From: Escherichia phage N2
Length of the DNA stretch: 64,000 nucleotides
Strand: one strand, 5' to 3'
Sequence record: ON645936.1
This document shows positions 14,554 through 25,595 of this stretch, one piece after another; within the stretch, counting starts at the first letter, position 1; each line of letters starts with the position of its first letter. The notes under the pieces are model-generated. The model did not search any database and was not told the origin of the DNA. It saw nothing but the letters and a program-made list of their open reading frames with translations. Both the position numbers and the translations under genes were made by a program.

Positions 14554-15684
14554 TTATGGATAGGTATAGATGATACCAGTTTCTAAAGCAGTTTTATGAA
14601 TGATGTATCCATTACGCGATTCTTGGACATCAACTTCTGGATAATCTTTCATCATCTTCTGGAGAGTGTAACGATGCAGGTAGTATTTACTATCTGGATC
14701 GTCAGTTTTCCAATCTTTACCTTCTTCAGTCATTTTTTGGATTTCATCCATAACCCACCAACCGCACCAGATGTAAGCTGAAGTACGATGTGGAAGAGGA
14801 TGGACATAAGGCAATTCACCTTCTGGTTCTGGAGCAACTTTATCAGTTACCTGAACTTGACCTGTTGCTGTAATAGTTTTGCTATCATAATCAGCAGCAG
14901 TAACAGTTGCAGTAACTTCAATAGTTTGACTTCCAATAGATGAGGTATCAACTGTATATACATTAGTTGACCCTTCTACAGGAGAAGAATCTTTCTTCCA
15001 CGAGTAAGTAATTTGTGCTTCTTCTGGAGCACCCGTAACATTAGCCGTAAATGTAGCCGAAGCATCTTTCTGAACGTTAATAGAAGGAGGAGTCAATGTA
15101 ACCTGTGGATTCATTGTCTTCTTATTAACCGTTAATGACACTTCATTAGAAGTAACGCTTAGTGCATCATAATCTGTCGCGGTTACTTGAGCTATACACT
15201 TGATTTTTTTAACTCCGCTTGTGGTAGGAGTGTAATTGAATGTAGCGCTAGTTGCTTCGTCCACAGGAGAATCATCTACATACCACTGATACGTAGCAGA
15301 TGCTCCATCAGGTTGAGAAGCTAAGGCAGCAGTAAATTGAACTGGGGTTCCGATTACTCCAGCGTCAGGGTTATCAGGAGTTACAGCCAATGTAGTTGAC
15401 TGAGTTTTATTTTTAACTGTGATAGTTGTTGTCGCTTCAGCCGTTTCCGGGCCTCCTTCAGAAAGTGTATTTGTTGCAACAACTTTAATTGTTTTTGTTC
15501 CAGCAGGTCCTTTTAATACATAATTAAAAGTTGCTTCAGCTCCATCTTGTGGAACATTATCTACGCTCCAAGCATATGTAATAGGTCCATCTCCAGTTTG
15601 ACCACTGGGTGTAGCAGTAAACTGCTGAGTCTGATCTATAACTCCAGTAGGTGTTTTAGGAGTTATATCAACTGTAAAAGTCAT
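14554..15684 (-). CDS. hoc: highly immunogenic outer capsid protein Hoc (Ig-like repeats)
   Basis: 376-aa ORF with T4 Hoc-like sequence. Confidence 0.95.
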   Translation of the reverse strand: MTFTVDITPKTPTGVIDQTQQFTATPSGQTGDGPITYAWSVDNVPQDGAEATFNYVLKGPAGTKTIKVVATNTLSEGGPETAEATTTITVKNKTQSTTLAVTPDNPDAGVIGTPVQFTAALASQPDGASATYQWYVDDSPVDEATSATFNYTPTTSGVKKIKCIAQVTATDYDALSVTSNEVSLTVNKKTMNPQVTLTPPSINVQKDASATFTANVTGAPEEAQITYSWKKDSSPVEGSTNVYTVDTSSIGSQTIEVTATVTAADYDSKTITATGQVQVTDKVAPEPEGELPYVHPLPHRTSAYIWCGWWVMDEIQKMTEEGKDWKTDDPDSKYYLHRYTLQKMMKDYPEVDVQESRNGYIIHKTALETGIIYTYP

Positions 15685-15693
15685 AAGTTATCC

Positions 15694-16374
15694 TTATTTT
15701 AATGTTACGAAAGAAGAATTGCGTGTTTCACGAATTAAAACTGATCCATCACGATTAATGTAATAAATTAAGCTAAATAAAGTTTGGTGTGCTGACGCGT
15801 GTTCAAAACTAGTTGGGTGAGATTTCCAATCCGGAGTTTCAGCTATCCATTGATAAATCCACCAAGGAACAGTGCAGAATCCTGGATTTTTTCCAATCAG
15901 CTGAAGATTCGGACTAAAGTTTTCCGGAAGAGTAAATACAGACGGCTTTTCAGATTCAATAATCTCAGCTACAGCCTGTTCAAATTTTTCTTCAACAAAA
16001 GGAGTATCTTCAATCAAAACATCGGTATTTTCGGGAATTTTATCCATTTCTACTACTTCAATTTTAATATCAGATTTAACCGGAGAATCAATCAGAAGTG
16101 CTGCTTCTGGATTGACTTCTTCATCGTCATATTTTAACCCCTCTGCGGCATCAGCAGCATCAATTAAGTCTTTAATAGATAACCCATCAGTCTCTGGCAT
16201 AGGTTCACTAGCGAGCTTCTGGAGGGCTTCTTCAATATCAGCAACGATATTATCAAAAGATTTATTCTTTTTGACCTTTATACCAAACTGTTCAGCGTAT
16301 TCAGCTAATTTAGCTTTAGCTTCTTTGTTATCATCAAGAGCCTTCAGCTCTGCAATATAATCTTTATCTATCAT
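15694..16374 (-). CDS. inh: inhibitor of prohead protease (Inh)-like acidic protein
   Basis: 226-aa ORF between hoc and uvsW as in T4. Confidence 0.75.
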   Translation of the reverse strand: MIDKDYIAELKALDDNKEAKAKLAEYAEQFGIKVKKNKSFDNIVADIEEALQKLASEPMPETDGLSIKDLIDAADAAEGLKYDDEEVNPEAALLIDSPVKSDIKIEVVEMDKIPENTDVLIEDTPFVEEKFEQAVAEIIESEKPSVFTLPENFSPNLQLIGKNPGFCTVPWWIYQWIAETPDWKSHPTSFEHASAHQTLFSLIYYINRDGSVLIRETRNSSFVTLK

Positions 16375-16387
16375 AATATTTCCTCAG

Positions 16388-16395
16388 TATAAATA
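16388..16395 (+). promoter_or_regulatory. late promoter TATAAATA (uvsW)
   Basis: Exact octamer 30 nt upstream of uvsW ATG. Confidence 0.7.
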
Positions 16396-16424
16396 TAGAT
16401 ATATTTATTACATGGTATTTAGAC

Positions 16425-17936
16425 ATGACTGACATTAAAGTACATTTTTATGATTTTAGTCACGTGAGAATTGATTGTGAAGAAAGTACATTTCATGAAC
16501 TCCGTGATTTCTTTAGCTTCGAAGCTGACGGGTATCGGTTTAATCCGAAGTACAGATATGGCAACTGGGATGGACGAATCCGTCTTTTAGATTATAATCG
16601 CCTTCTTCCGTTCGGATTAGTCGGGCAAATTAAAAAGTTCTGTGATAACTTTGGCTATAAAGCCTGGATTGACCCGCAAATTAACGAAAAAGAAGAATTA
16701 TCAAGAAAAGATTTTGATGAATGGCTTTCTAAATTAGAAATCTATTCAGGCAATAAAAGAATTGAACCGCATTGGTATCAAAAAGATGCAGTGTTCGAAG
16801 GATTAGTTAATCGTCGTAGAATTCTTAATCTTCCAACATCCGCAGGTAAATCCTTAATTCAAGCTTTGCTTGCACGTTATTATTTGGAAAATTATGAAGG
16901 TAAAATTCTTATCATTGTTCCAACAACTGCTCTGACAACTCAGATGGCTGATGACTTTGTTGACTATCGTTTATTCAGTCATGCAATGATAAAGAAAATC
17001 GGTGGTGGAGCATCAAAAGATGATAAATATAAAAATGATGCACCAGTCGTTGTTGGTACATGGCAAACTGTAGTTAAACAACCAAAAGAATGGTTCTCAC
17101 AGTTTGGAATGATGATGAATGATGAATGCCATCTTGCTACAGGAAAAAGTATTTCATCTATCATATCAGGTTTAAATAACTGCATGTTCAAATTTGGTTT
17201 GTCTGGTTCATTACGTGATGGCAAAGCCAATATCATGCAGTATGTTGGAATGTTTGGTGAAATATTTAAGCCAGTAACGACTTCTAAATTAATGGAAGAT
17301 GGACAAGTAACTGAGCTAAAAATTAATAGTATTTTTCTTCGCTATCCCGATGAGTTCACTACTAAATTAAAGGGAAAAACTTACCAAGAAGAAATAAAAA
17401 TTATTACTGGGCTCAGTAAAAGAAATAAATGGATCGCTAAATTAGCTATTAAGCTTGCGCAAAAAGATGAAAACGCTTTTGTCATGTTTAAACATGTATC
17501 GCATGGTAAAGCTATTTTCGATTTAATTAAAAATGAATACGATAAAGTTTATTACGTATCAGGGGAAGTTGATACCGAAACCCGCAACGTAATGAAAACC
17601 TTAGCTGAAAATGGTAAAGGAATAATTATAGTAGCGAGTTATGGTGTATTTTCTACTGGTATTTCAGTTAAAAATCTGCATCATGTTGTTTTAGCGCACG
17701 GCGTTAAATCAAAAATCATTGTATTACAAACAATCGGTCGTGTATTACGTAAGCATGGTTCTAAAACAGTCGCAACAGTCTGGGACCTCATAGATGATTG
17801 TGGCGTTAAGCCAAAATCTGCTAATACGAAAAAGAAATATGTCCATTTGAACTATCTTTTAAAACACGGCATTGATCGTATTCAGCGCTACGCAGATGAA
17901 AAATTTAATTACGTAATGAAAACAGTTAATTTATAA
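16425..17936 (+). CDS. uvsW: UvsW RNA-DNA and DNA-DNA helicase
   Basis: 503-aa ORF; helicase motifs PTSAGKS and DECH; late promoter upstream. Confidence 0.95.
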   Translation: MTDIKVHFYDFSHVRIDCEESTFHELRDFFSFEADGYRFNPKYRYGNWDGRIRLLDYNRLLPFGLVGQIKKFCDNFGYKAWIDPQINEKEELSRKDFDEWLSKLEIYSGNKRIEPHWYQKDAVFEGLVNRRRILNLPTSAGKSLIQALLARYYLENYEGKILIIVPTTALTTQMADDFVDYRLFSHAMIKKIGGGASKDDKYKNDAPVVVGTWQTVVKQPKEWFSQFGMMMNDECHLATGKSISSIISGLNNCMFKFGLSGSLRDGKANIMQYVGMFGEIFKPVTTSKLMEDGQVTELKINSIFLRYPDEFTTKLKGKTYQEEIKIITGLSKRNKWIAKLAIKLAQKDENAFVMFKHVSHGKAIFDLIKNEYDKVYYVSGEVDTETRNVMKTLAENGKGIIIVASYGVFSTGISVKNLHHVVLAHGVKSKIIVLQTIGRVLRKHGSKTVATVWDLIDDCGVKPKSANTKKKYVHLNYLLKHGIDRIQRYADEKFNYVMKTVNL

Positions 17937-17950
17937 GGGCTTCGGCCCTT
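17937..17950 (+). terminator. hairpin after uvsW
   Basis: GGGC-UUCG-GCCC followed by TTT. Confidence 0.45.
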
Positions 17951-18192
17951 TGGAGAAAAAGATGTTACTAGGATTTAAACAATTTCTTTATGAAGCTTCT
18001 ATTGATGAATTTATGGGTAAAATTGCCTCTTGCCAAACATTAGAAGGTCTAGAAGAACTTGAAGCTTATTATAAGAAAAGAGTTAAAGAAACTGAATTAA
18101 AAGATACTGATGACATCTCTGTCAGAGATGCTTTGGCAGGAAAAAGAGCTGAATTAGAAGATTCAGACGATGAAGTAGAAGAAAGCTTTTAA
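17950..18192 (+). CDS. uvsW.1: UvsW.1 small acidic protein
   Basis: 80-aa ORF directly after uvsW, preceded by hairpin. Confidence 0.7.
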   Translation: MEKKMLLGFKQFLYEASIDEFMGKIASCQTLEGLEELEAYYKKRVKETELKDTDDISVRDALAGKRAELEDSDDEVEESF

Positions 18193-18247
18193 ATTAAAAA
18201 AGGCCCAACCAAAAAGGAAGGGCCAAAACTATAGACTAAAGGTCACA

Positions 18248-18478
18248 CTATAGCAAAAGTTGAGTTTCATTTAATTGTTCTTCCGAACTTTCTGAAACTG
18301 GTAGTTCTTTAATGTAATTATAGCAAGGCCCAGGATGTACAGGACCTTTGTCTGTTTCAACAACCAATGCAGAATCGATTGGAGTTTTACAGACAACACA
18401 AATCTTATCTGACATGATTGTCTCCTTTTGAATATAGTAATATTTATAAACCCATTTTAATCCGCATTTCTTGTACAC
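18248..18478 (-). CDS. hypothetical protein (T4 uvsY.-2 position), Cys-containing
   Basis: 76-aa ORF. Confidence 0.55.
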   Translation of the reverse strand: MYKKCGLKWVYKYYYIQKETIMSDKICVVCKTPIDSALVVETDKGPVHPGPCYNYIKELPVSESSEEQLNETQLLL

Positions 18479-18538
18479 GGATTAAGCAAGCTTCCATCTC
18501 TGCTAATAGTCGAAATACTTCTTTATAATCTGTCATAT

Positions 18539-18766
18539 TTACCCCATATCTCTCATATGCATATCAATGCCCATATCTTTAGAATAAAAATATTCATCAA
18601 GATATCCGGCAAATTTTCCTTTAATATAAAGGACATCTTCACCACATGGGTGGTCGGCCAGGATACGAATATCCTGACGCTTAAGATTATACTTTTTCAT
18701 TAAGAATTGAATTTCCGTTTCAAATTCTTCTTCATAATTAAAAGCATCATCAATGCTATATCTCAT
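18539..18766 (-). CDS. hypothetical protein (T4 uvsY.-1 position)
   Basis: 75-aa ORF; start overlaps uvsY stop. Confidence 0.6.
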   Translation of the reverse strand: MRYSIDDAFNYEEEFETEIQFLMKKYNLKRQDIRILADHPCGEDVLYIKGKFAGYLDEYFYSKDMGIDMHMRDMG

Positions 18767-19179
18767 TATTTTCCAGCCTCAAATGCCCGCATGTCTTGAA
18801 TATGCTTAATAGCAAATCCTCGTGATTTGATAGCATCAAGAGCTCCGCTACAGAAATCTAATAAAATTCCCCAATACTGTAATGAAGTATCAACTTTTAA
18901 AACATCCTTATCAGCTGATAGAACTGTCTTCATTTCTGATTTCTCATAACGGTCCATACTAAATTCATCACCATCTCCTCGTCCCGAGTAGTAGTCTAAT
19001 CTAGCTTTAAGAGCAACTTTTTTCTGTGCGTCAATTCTAAGCATTTCCTTTTTAATACTTGAATGCTTATTGAGCCATTTACTATATAACATCACATTAT
19101 TAGCTGCTTCATACTGTAATTTAGTCGAATCTATAAACACATCTTTCTTCAATTCTTCTTGAAGATCTTCTAATTTCAT
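18766..19179 (-). CDS. uvsY: recombination mediator UvsY
   Basis: 137-aa ORF with T4 UvsY-like sequence; MotA-box middle promoter upstream. Confidence 0.95.
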   Translation of the reverse strand: MKLEDLQEELKKDVFIDSTKLQYEAANNVMLYSKWLNKHSSIKKEMLRIDAQKKVALKARLDYYSGRGDGDEFSMDRYEKSEMKTVLSADKDVLKVDTSLQYWGILLDFCSGALDAIKSRGFAIKHIQDMRAFEAGK

Positions 19180-19219
19180 ATTGTTCTCTATTCAATTGTT
19201 ATTGGATGGACTTAGATTC

Positions 19220-19247
19220 ATTATACCACGTTTACGCGTGAAGCATT
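19220..19247 (-). promoter_or_regulatory. middle promoter: MotA box AATGCTTCA plus -10 TATAAT (uvsY)
   Basis: MotA-box consensus about 12 nt upstream of TATAAT on minus strand. Confidence 0.6.
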
Positions 19248-19644
19248 ATACTCTATTACTGGAAGCCAGTTGCAGTTTTATCTGCTCAATATCATCAGGG
19301 TTATCGATGACTGAAAAGCGTATTTCTACTATCAGAGTATAATCATCATAAACTGGTATTACATTAACTGCTAATTTATCAATACGCGGCTCATAGTTTC
19401 TTACTGCGCTTTCGATGTTACGCTCAACTGTATCAGCAGTAAGAGGAGTCATATTCTCAAAAAGCTGATCAGATAAATCGCATCCAAATTCTGGGTCAAA
19501 AGGTCTCGACCCTTTTCTGGTTGTAATAATTCCTAAAAGGCTATTTTTAATTGACCTTAATCCAAGAGATCTAGAAACATCTTTGTCCCAATCCATTTTC
19601 ATTTCTGGGTCAATGTCAGAATAAAGCTTATTAATATTTGCCAT
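19246..19644 (-). CDS. 25: baseplate wedge protein gp25
   Basis: 132-aa ORF, T4 gp25-like. Confidence 0.93.
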   Translation of the reverse strand: MANINKLYSDIDPEMKMDWDKDVSRSLGLRSIKNSLLGIITTRKGSRPFDPEFGCDLSDQLFENMTPLTADTVERNIESAVRNYEPRIDKLAVNVIPVYDDYTLIVEIRFSVIDNPDDIEQIKLQLASSNRV

Positions 19645-20270
19645 TACAATAGCTCAAAGAATTCTTTGAGTCCTCTTATTACATGAGCGTGAGATTTTCC
19701 ACACTCTGGACACTTAATTGGAACAGCCAAATACACAGTAGGCTTTAAAAGCATATCTTTTATAGCTACAATATCTGACTCTGTGATGATAGAATATAAA
19801 TCTTCCAACTCTTTTTCATTTAAGTCTTCAACTGGAATGCTTTCCCCGTTAGCATGAATCGTTTCTATGCATGATACTATCATGTGGGCTATATTTTTAT
19901 CATCAAAAATTTTAGGGTAATGGAACTTAATTTTAATGTCACCCAGTGTATACCAGAGGTCTTCTGGTGCATCTATTTGCGTATGTAATAGATTTATATG
20001 GGTTGGTATTTCAGTTCCACAGGTGCACTTCCAGGAGTTTTCGTGATTAACTTCTCCAAGAGAATGCGCCCATAAATGAATCAGCAGTAGTTCTGATTCT
20101 TGGCGGTTTAAATCTTTTGCATTTGTGCAGTCTTTGATTAGCTTTTTAACGATCTCTTCTACTGAACCGTTCTTTTTAGCAGTAATAAGTTCTAGATATT
20201 CTTTAAGAGTAAATGCGCGACAGTTGATTATTTTAGAACCAACTCTCACATCAAATTTGTATTCATACAT
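19644..20270 (-). CDS. 26: baseplate hub protein gp26
   Basis: 208-aa ORF; divergent from gene 51 across a shared late promoter. Confidence 0.88.
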   Translation of the reverse strand: MYEYKFDVRVGSKIINCRAFTLKEYLELITAKKNGSVEEIVKKLIKDCTNAKDLNRQESELLLIHLWAHSLGEVNHENSWKCTCGTEIPTHINLLHTQIDAPEDLWYTLGDIKIKFHYPKIFDDKNIAHMIVSCIETIHANGESIPVEDLNEKELEDLYSIITESDIVAIKDMLLKPTVYLAVPIKCPECGKSHAHVIRGLKEFFELL

Positions 20271-20291
20271 ATTTAGCTCCTTTATTTATCA

Positions 20292-20299
20292 TATTTATA
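20292..20299 (-). promoter_or_regulatory. late promoter TATAAATA on minus strand (genes 26/25)
   Basis: Reverse complement of TATTTATA. Confidence 0.7.
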
Positions 20300-20303
20300 A
20301 ATA
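20296..20303 (+). promoter_or_regulatory. late promoter TATAAATA (gene 51)
   Basis: Part of palindromic TATTTATAAATA. Confidence 0.7.
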
Positions 20304-20320
20304 GAATAAAAGGAGCATCT

Positions 20321-21070
20321 ATGGCAAACATTATTCGTTGTAAATTACCAGATGGTGTTCATCGTTTTAAACCATTTACGGTAGAAGATTATCGAGATTT
20401 TTTGTTAGTTCGAAACGATATAGAACATCGGTCACCACAAGAACAAAAAGAAATAATTGCTGATTTAATTGCTGATTATTTTGGAGACTATCCGAAGACT
20501 TGGCAACCATTTATATTTTTACAGGTATTTGTAGGGTCAATAGGTAAAACTAAAGTACCGGTCATATTTGTATGTCCAAAATGTAAAAAAGAAAAGACAG
20601 TTCCATTTGAAATATATCAAAAAGAATTAAAGGAACCTGTTTTTGATGTAGCTAATGTTAAAATTAAATTAAAGTTTCCTTCTAAGTTTTATGAAAATAA
20701 AGCAAAGATGATTACTGAAAATATTCATTCTGTTCAAGTAGATGAAACATGGTATGATTGGAAGGAAATTAGTGAATCAAGTCAAATAGAACTTGTTGAT
20801 GCCATCGAGATAGAAACATTAGAAAAAATTCTCGATGCAATGAATCCTATTAATTTAACATTGCATATGTCCTGCTGTGATAAGTATGTAAAAAAATACA
20901 CTGATATAGTAGATGTGTTTAAGCTATTAGTTAACCCAGATGAGATATTTACTTTTTATCAAATTAATCACACACTCGTAAAAAGTAATTATAGCTTAAA
21001 TTCAATAATGAAAATGATTCCTGCCGAGCGCGGATTCGTATTAAAACTGATTGAGAAGGATAAACAATAA
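20321..21070 (+). CDS. 51: baseplate hub assembly catalyst gp51
   Basis: 249-aa ORF; synteny; late promoter upstream. Confidence 0.88.
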   Translation: MANIIRCKLPDGVHRFKPFTVEDYRDFLLVRNDIEHRSPQEQKEIIADLIADYFGDYPKTWQPFIFLQVFVGSIGKTKVPVIFVCPKCKKEKTVPFEIYQKELKEPVFDVANVKIKLKFPSKFYENKAKMITENIHSVQVDETWYDWKEISESSQIELVDAIEIETLEKILDAMNPINLTLHMSCCDKYVKKYTDIVDVFKLLVNPDEIFTFYQINHTLVKSNYSLNSIMKMIPAERGFVLKLIEKDKQ

Positions 21071-22245
21071 TGAGTATGTTGCAACGCCCAGGATATCCAA
21101 ATCTCAGCGTTAAATTATTTGATAGCTACGACGCTTGGAGTAATAATAGATTTGTTGAATTAGCTGCTACTATTACCACGTTAACTATGCGGGATTCTCT
21201 TTATGGCCGAAATGAAGGAATGCTGCAGTTTTATGATTCTAAAAACATCCATACAAAAATGGATGGAAATGAAATAATTCAGATTTCTGTAGCTAATGCA
21301 AACGATATTAATAATGTTAAAACAAGAATTTATGGATGTAAGCATTTTTCTGTGTCAGTAGATTCAAAGGGTGATAACATCATTGCTATTGAATTGGGAA
21401 CTATTCATTCCATAGAAAATCTTAAATTTGGTAGACCGTTTTTCCCTGATGCAGGTGAATCTATAAAGGAAATGCTTGGCGTCATTTATCAAGACCGTAC
21501 GCTATTGACTCCAGCGATAAATGCTATAAATGCTTATGTTCCTGATATTCCGTGGACTAGTACATTTGAAAACTATTTGTCGTATGTTAGAGAAGTTGCT
21601 CTAGCTGTAGGAAGTGACAAATTTGTATTTGTATGGCAAGACATCATGGGAGTTAACATGATGGACTATGACATGATGATAAATCAAGAACCATATCCAA
21701 TGATTGTCGGTGAGCCATCTTTAATAGGTCAATTCATCCAAGAATTAAAATATCCATTAGCATATGATTTCGTTTGGTTGACTAAATCGAATCCTCACAA
21801 ACGTGACCCAATGAAAAATGCTACTATCTATGCTCATTCATTTTTAGATTCTTCATTGCCAATGATTACTACAGGAAAGGGCGAAAACTCTATTGTAGTG
21901 TCAAGGTCAGGTGCTTATTCTGAAATGACTTATAGGAATGGATATGAAGAAGCTATTCGTCTTCAAACTATGGCGCAATACGATGGCTATGCTAAATGTT
22001 CTACTGTCGGTAATTTTAACTTGACACCTGGCGTTAAAATTATTTTTAATGATAGTAAAAACCAATTTAAAACAGAATTTTACGTTGATGAAGTTATTCA
22101 CGAATTATCCAATAATAATTCAGTAACTCATCTTTATATGTTCACTAATGCAACGAAACTGGAAACAATAGATCCAGTTAAGGTTAAAAATGAATTTAAA
22201 TCTGATACTACCACTGAAGAAAGTAGTTCTTCCAATAAGCAATAA
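21070..22245 (+). CDS. 27: baseplate hub protein gp27
   Basis: 391-aa ORF matching T4 gp27. Confidence 0.93.
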   Translation: MSMLQRPGYPNLSVKLFDSYDAWSNNRFVELAATITTLTMRDSLYGRNEGMLQFYDSKNIHTKMDGNEIIQISVANANDINNVKTRIYGCKHFSVSVDSKGDNIIAIELGTIHSIENLKFGRPFFPDAGESIKEMLGVIYQDRTLLTPAINAINAYVPDIPWTSTFENYLSYVREVALAVGSDKFVFVWQDIMGVNMMDYDMMINQEPYPMIVGEPSLIGQFIQELKYPLAYDFVWLTKSNPHKRDPMKNATIYAHSFLDSSLPMITTGKGENSIVVSRSGAYSEMTYRNGYEEAIRLQTMAQYDGYAKCSTVGNFNLTPGVKIIFNDSKNQFKTEFYVDEVIHELSNNNSVTHLYMFTNATKLETIDPVKVKNEFKSDTTTEESSSSNKQ

Positions 22246-22723
22246 AGAAATTTCTATTCCTAAAATGGGTCTTAAACATTATAACATTTTAAAAGATGTT
22301 AAAGGACCCGATGAAAATTTAAAACTTTTGATCGATTCTATTTGTCCAAATTTATCACCGGCAGAAGTTGATTTCGTTTCTATTCATTTATTGGAATTTA
22401 ATGGAAAGATTAAATCTCGTAAAGAAATAGATGGTTATACTTATGACATTAATGATGTTTATGTATGCCAAAGATTGGAATTTCAATACCAAGGAAATAC
22501 ATTTTATTTTAGACCTCCTGGAAAATTTGAACAATTTTTAACGGTGAGCGATATGTTATCCAAATGCTTGCTTAAGGTCAATGATGAAGTTAAAGAAATT
22601 AATTTTCTTGAGATGCCAGCATTCGTTTTAAAATGGGCAAATGACATTTTTACAACTTTAGCAATTCCTGGCCCTAATGGTCCAATAACCGGAATTGGCA
22701 ATATTATTGGATTATTTGAATGA
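22190..22723 (+). CDS. 28: baseplate distal hub protein gp28
   Basis: 177-aa ORF overlapping 3' end of gene 27; synteny. Confidence 0.85.
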   Translation: MNLNLILPLKKVVLPISNKEISIPKMGLKHYNILKDVKGPDENLKLLIDSICPNLSPAEVDFVSIHLLEFNGKIKSRKEIDGYTYDINDVYVCQRLEFQYQGNTFYFRPPGKFEQFLTVSDMLSKCLLKVNDEVKEINFLEMPAFVLKWANDIFTTLAIPGPNGPITGIGNIIGLFE

Positions 22724-24492
22724 AAAAGCCACAAGAAATGCAAACGATGCGTAGAAAAGTTATTTCAGATAATAAACCAACACAGGAAGCGGCTAAATCC
22801 GCTTCTAACACTTTATCTGGACTTAACGATATATCTACGAAATTGGATGATGCTCAAGCTGCTTCTGAATTAATTGCTCAAACTGTCGAAGAAAAATCGA
22901 ATGAAATAATTGGAGCAATTGACAACGTAGAAAGCGCAGTGAGTGATACTACTGCCGGTTCTGAGTTAATTGCTGAAACTGTCGAAATTGGCAATAATAT
23001 TAATAAAGAAATCGGTGAATCACTCGGGAGCAAATTAGATAAATTAACAAGTTTACTAGAACAAAAAATTCAGACAGCTGGAATTCAACAGACGGGAACT
23101 AGTTTAGCTACGGTTGAAAGCGCTATTCCTGTTAAAGTTGTTGAGGATGATACAGCTGAATCTGTGGGTCCTTTATTACCGGCTCCTGAAGCAGTTAATA
23201 ATGATCCTGATGCTGATTTTTTCCCTACCCCTCAGCCAGTTGAACCTAAACAAGAATCGCCAGAAGAAAAACAGAAAAAAGACGCATTTAACTTAAAATT
23301 ATCTCAAGCTTTAGATAAATTAACGAAGACTGTTGATTTTGGATTTAAGAAATCTATTTCAATTACTGATAAAATATCAAGCATGCTATTTAAGTATACC
23401 GTCAGTGCTGCTATTGAAGCTGCTAAAATGACAGCAATGATATTGGCTGTTGTTGTCGGAATAGACCTGTTGATGGTTCATTTCAAATATTGGTCAGATA
23501 AATTTTCACAGGCTTGGGATTTGTTTAGTTCAAACTTTACTAAATTCTCTAGCGAAACCGGAACATGGGGTCCTTTATTACAGAGCATCTTTAGTTCTAT
23601 TGATGAAATTAAAAAATTCTGGGAAGAGGGAGATTGGGGTGGTTTGACGGTAGCTATTGTAGAAGGGCTTGGAAAGGTTCTTTATAATTTAGGTGAACTT
23701 ATTCAGCTTGGAATGGCTAAATTATCTGCGGCAATTCTTCGAGTTATTCCTGGTATGAAGGATACTGCTGATGAAGTAGAAGGAAGAGCACTAGAAAATT
23801 TCCAAAATACTACAAATGCTTCTCTTAGCAAAGAAGACCAAGAAAAAGTTGCAAATTATCAATATAAAAGAATGAATGGAGACCTTGGTCCGATAGCAAA
23901 AGGGTTAGACAAAATTGCGAACTGGAAAACTCGTGCATCTAACTGGATTCGTGGTGTTGATAATAAAGAAGCACTAACGACTGATGAAGAGAGAGCAGAG
24001 GAAGAAGAAAAATTAAAGCAACTTTCTCCGGAGGAAGCTAAAATTGCTTTAATGAAAGCTAATGAAGCTCGTGCTGCTATGAATCGTTTTGATCAATATG
24101 CCGATTCAGCTGACATGAGTAAAGATTCAACGGTTAAATCAGTTGAAGCTGCCTATGAAGACCTTAAAAAACGGATGGATGACCCGGATTTAAATAATTC
24201 ACCGGCAGTTAAAAAAGAACTTGCTGCTAGATTTTCTAAAATTGATGCTACTTATCAAGAGCTCAAGAAAAATCAGCCTAATGCCAAACCTGAAACTTCT
24301 GCTAAATCGCCAGAAGCAAAACAAGTCCAGGTTATTGAAAAGAACAAAGCACAGCAAGCTCCTGTTCAACAAGCATCTCCTTCGATCAATAATACTAATA
24401 ATGTTATTAAGAAAAATACTGTCGTTCATAATATGACACCCGTAACGAGCACGACTGCTCCTGGTGTATTTGATGCGACTGGAGTTAATTAA
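22720..24492 (+). CDS. 29: baseplate hub / tail length tape-measure protein gp29
   Basis: 590-aa ORF; synteny. Confidence 0.9.
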   Translation: MKKPQEMQTMRRKVISDNKPTQEAAKSASNTLSGLNDISTKLDDAQAASELIAQTVEEKSNEIIGAIDNVESAVSDTTAGSELIAETVEIGNNINKEIGESLGSKLDKLTSLLEQKIQTAGIQQTGTSLATVESAIPVKVVEDDTAESVGPLLPAPEAVNNDPDADFFPTPQPVEPKQESPEEKQKKDAFNLKLSQALDKLTKTVDFGFKKSISITDKISSMLFKYTVSAAIEAAKMTAMILAVVVGIDLLMVHFKYWSDKFSQAWDLFSSNFTKFSSETGTWGPLLQSIFSSIDEIKKFWEEGDWGGLTVAIVEGLGKVLYNLGELIQLGMAKLSAAILRVIPGMKDTADEVEGRALENFQNTTNASLSKEDQEKVANYQYKRMNGDLGPIAKGLDKIANWKTRASNWIRGVDNKEALTTDEERAEEEEKLKQLSPEEAKIALMKANEARAAMNRFDQYADSADMSKDSTVKSVEAAYEDLKKRMDDPDLNNSPAVKKELAARFSKIDATYQELKKNQPNAKPETSAKSPEAKQVQVIEKNKAQQAPVQQASPSINNTNNVIKKNTVVHNMTPVTSTTAPGVFDATGVN

Positions 24493-24500
24493 GGAATAAT

Positions 24501-25595
24501 ATGGCAATTGTTAAAGAAATAACTGCTGATTTAATTAAAAAGTCCGGTGAAAAAATTTCAGCCGGACAGAGTACTAAATCAGAAGTAGGAACTAAAACAT
24601 ACACTGCCCAGTTTCCAACTGGGCGTGCTAGTGGTAATGACACTACAGGGGACTTCCAGGTAACAGATCTATATAAGAATGGATTATTATTTACTGCATA
24701 CAATATGTCATCTAGGGATTCTGGAAGTCTTAGATCGATGAGATCTAACTACTCTTCTTCATCTTCGAGTATTTTACGTACGGCCAGAAACACTATCAGT
24801 AATACAGTATCAAAACTGTCAAATGGATTAATATCAGATAATAATTCAGGAACAATAAGTAAAGCCCCTGTCGCAAACATTCTTTTACCAAGATCTAAAT
24901 CTGATGTTGATACATCATCACATAGATTTAATGATGTTCAAGAAAGTCTTATCAGCAGAGGCGGAGGTACTGCTACTGGTGTGCTAAGTAATATTGCTTC
25001 AACTGCAGTATTTGGGGCACTGGAAAGTATAACGCAAGGTATAATGGCTGATAATAATGAACAGATTTATACGACAGCCAGAAGTATGTATGGCGGTGCT
25101 GAGAATAGAACTAAAGTGTTTACATGGGATTTGACGCCACGTTCAACAGAAGATTTAATGGCTATTATTAATATCTATCAATATTTTAACTATTTTTCTT
25201 ATGGTGAAACGGGTAAATCTCAATACGCTGCTGAAATAAAGGGGTATTTAGATGATTGGTATCGTTCTACTTTAATTGAACCTTTATCTCCGGAAGACGC
25301 AGCTAAAAATAAAACGCTATTTGAGAAAATGACATCGAGTTTAACTAACGTTCTAGTAGTTTCAAACCCGACAATTTGGATGGTGAAAAACTTTGGCGCA
25401 ACATCTAAGTTTGATGGAAAAACGGAAATATTTGGCCCATGCCAAATACAGAGCATCAGATTTGATAAAACACCTAATGGTAACTTTAACGGATTAGCTA
25501 TTGCTCCAAACCTCCCTAGTACATTTACTCTTGAGATTACTATGAGAGAAATTATCACGTTAAACCGTGCTTCTTTATATGCGGGGACTTTTTAA
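24501..25595 (+). CDS. 48: baseplate tail tube cap gp48
   Basis: 364-aa ORF; synteny. Confidence 0.9.
   Translation: MAIVKEITADLIKKSGEKISAGQSTKSEVGTKTYTAQFPTGRASGNDTTGDFQVTDLYKNGLLFTAYNMSSRDSGSLRSMRSNYSSSSSSILRTARNTISNTVSKLSNGLISDNNSGTISKAPVANILLPRSKSDVDTSSHRFNDVQESLISRGGGTATGVLSNIASTAVFGALESITQGIMADNNEQIYTTARSMYGGAENRTKVFTWDLTPRSTEDLMAIINIYQYFNYFSYGETGKSQYAAEIKGYLDDWYRSTLIEPLSPEDAAKNKTLFEKMTSSLTNVLVVSNPTIWMVKNFGATSKFDGKTEIFGPCQIQSIRFDKTPNGNFNGLAIAPNLPSTFTLEITMREIITLNRASLYAGTF

Noticed and set aside
18193-18247. Possible hairpin/terminator between uvsW.1 and the minus-strand ORF
   Set aside because: Only about 5 bp of stem with a 13-nt loop; too weak to call
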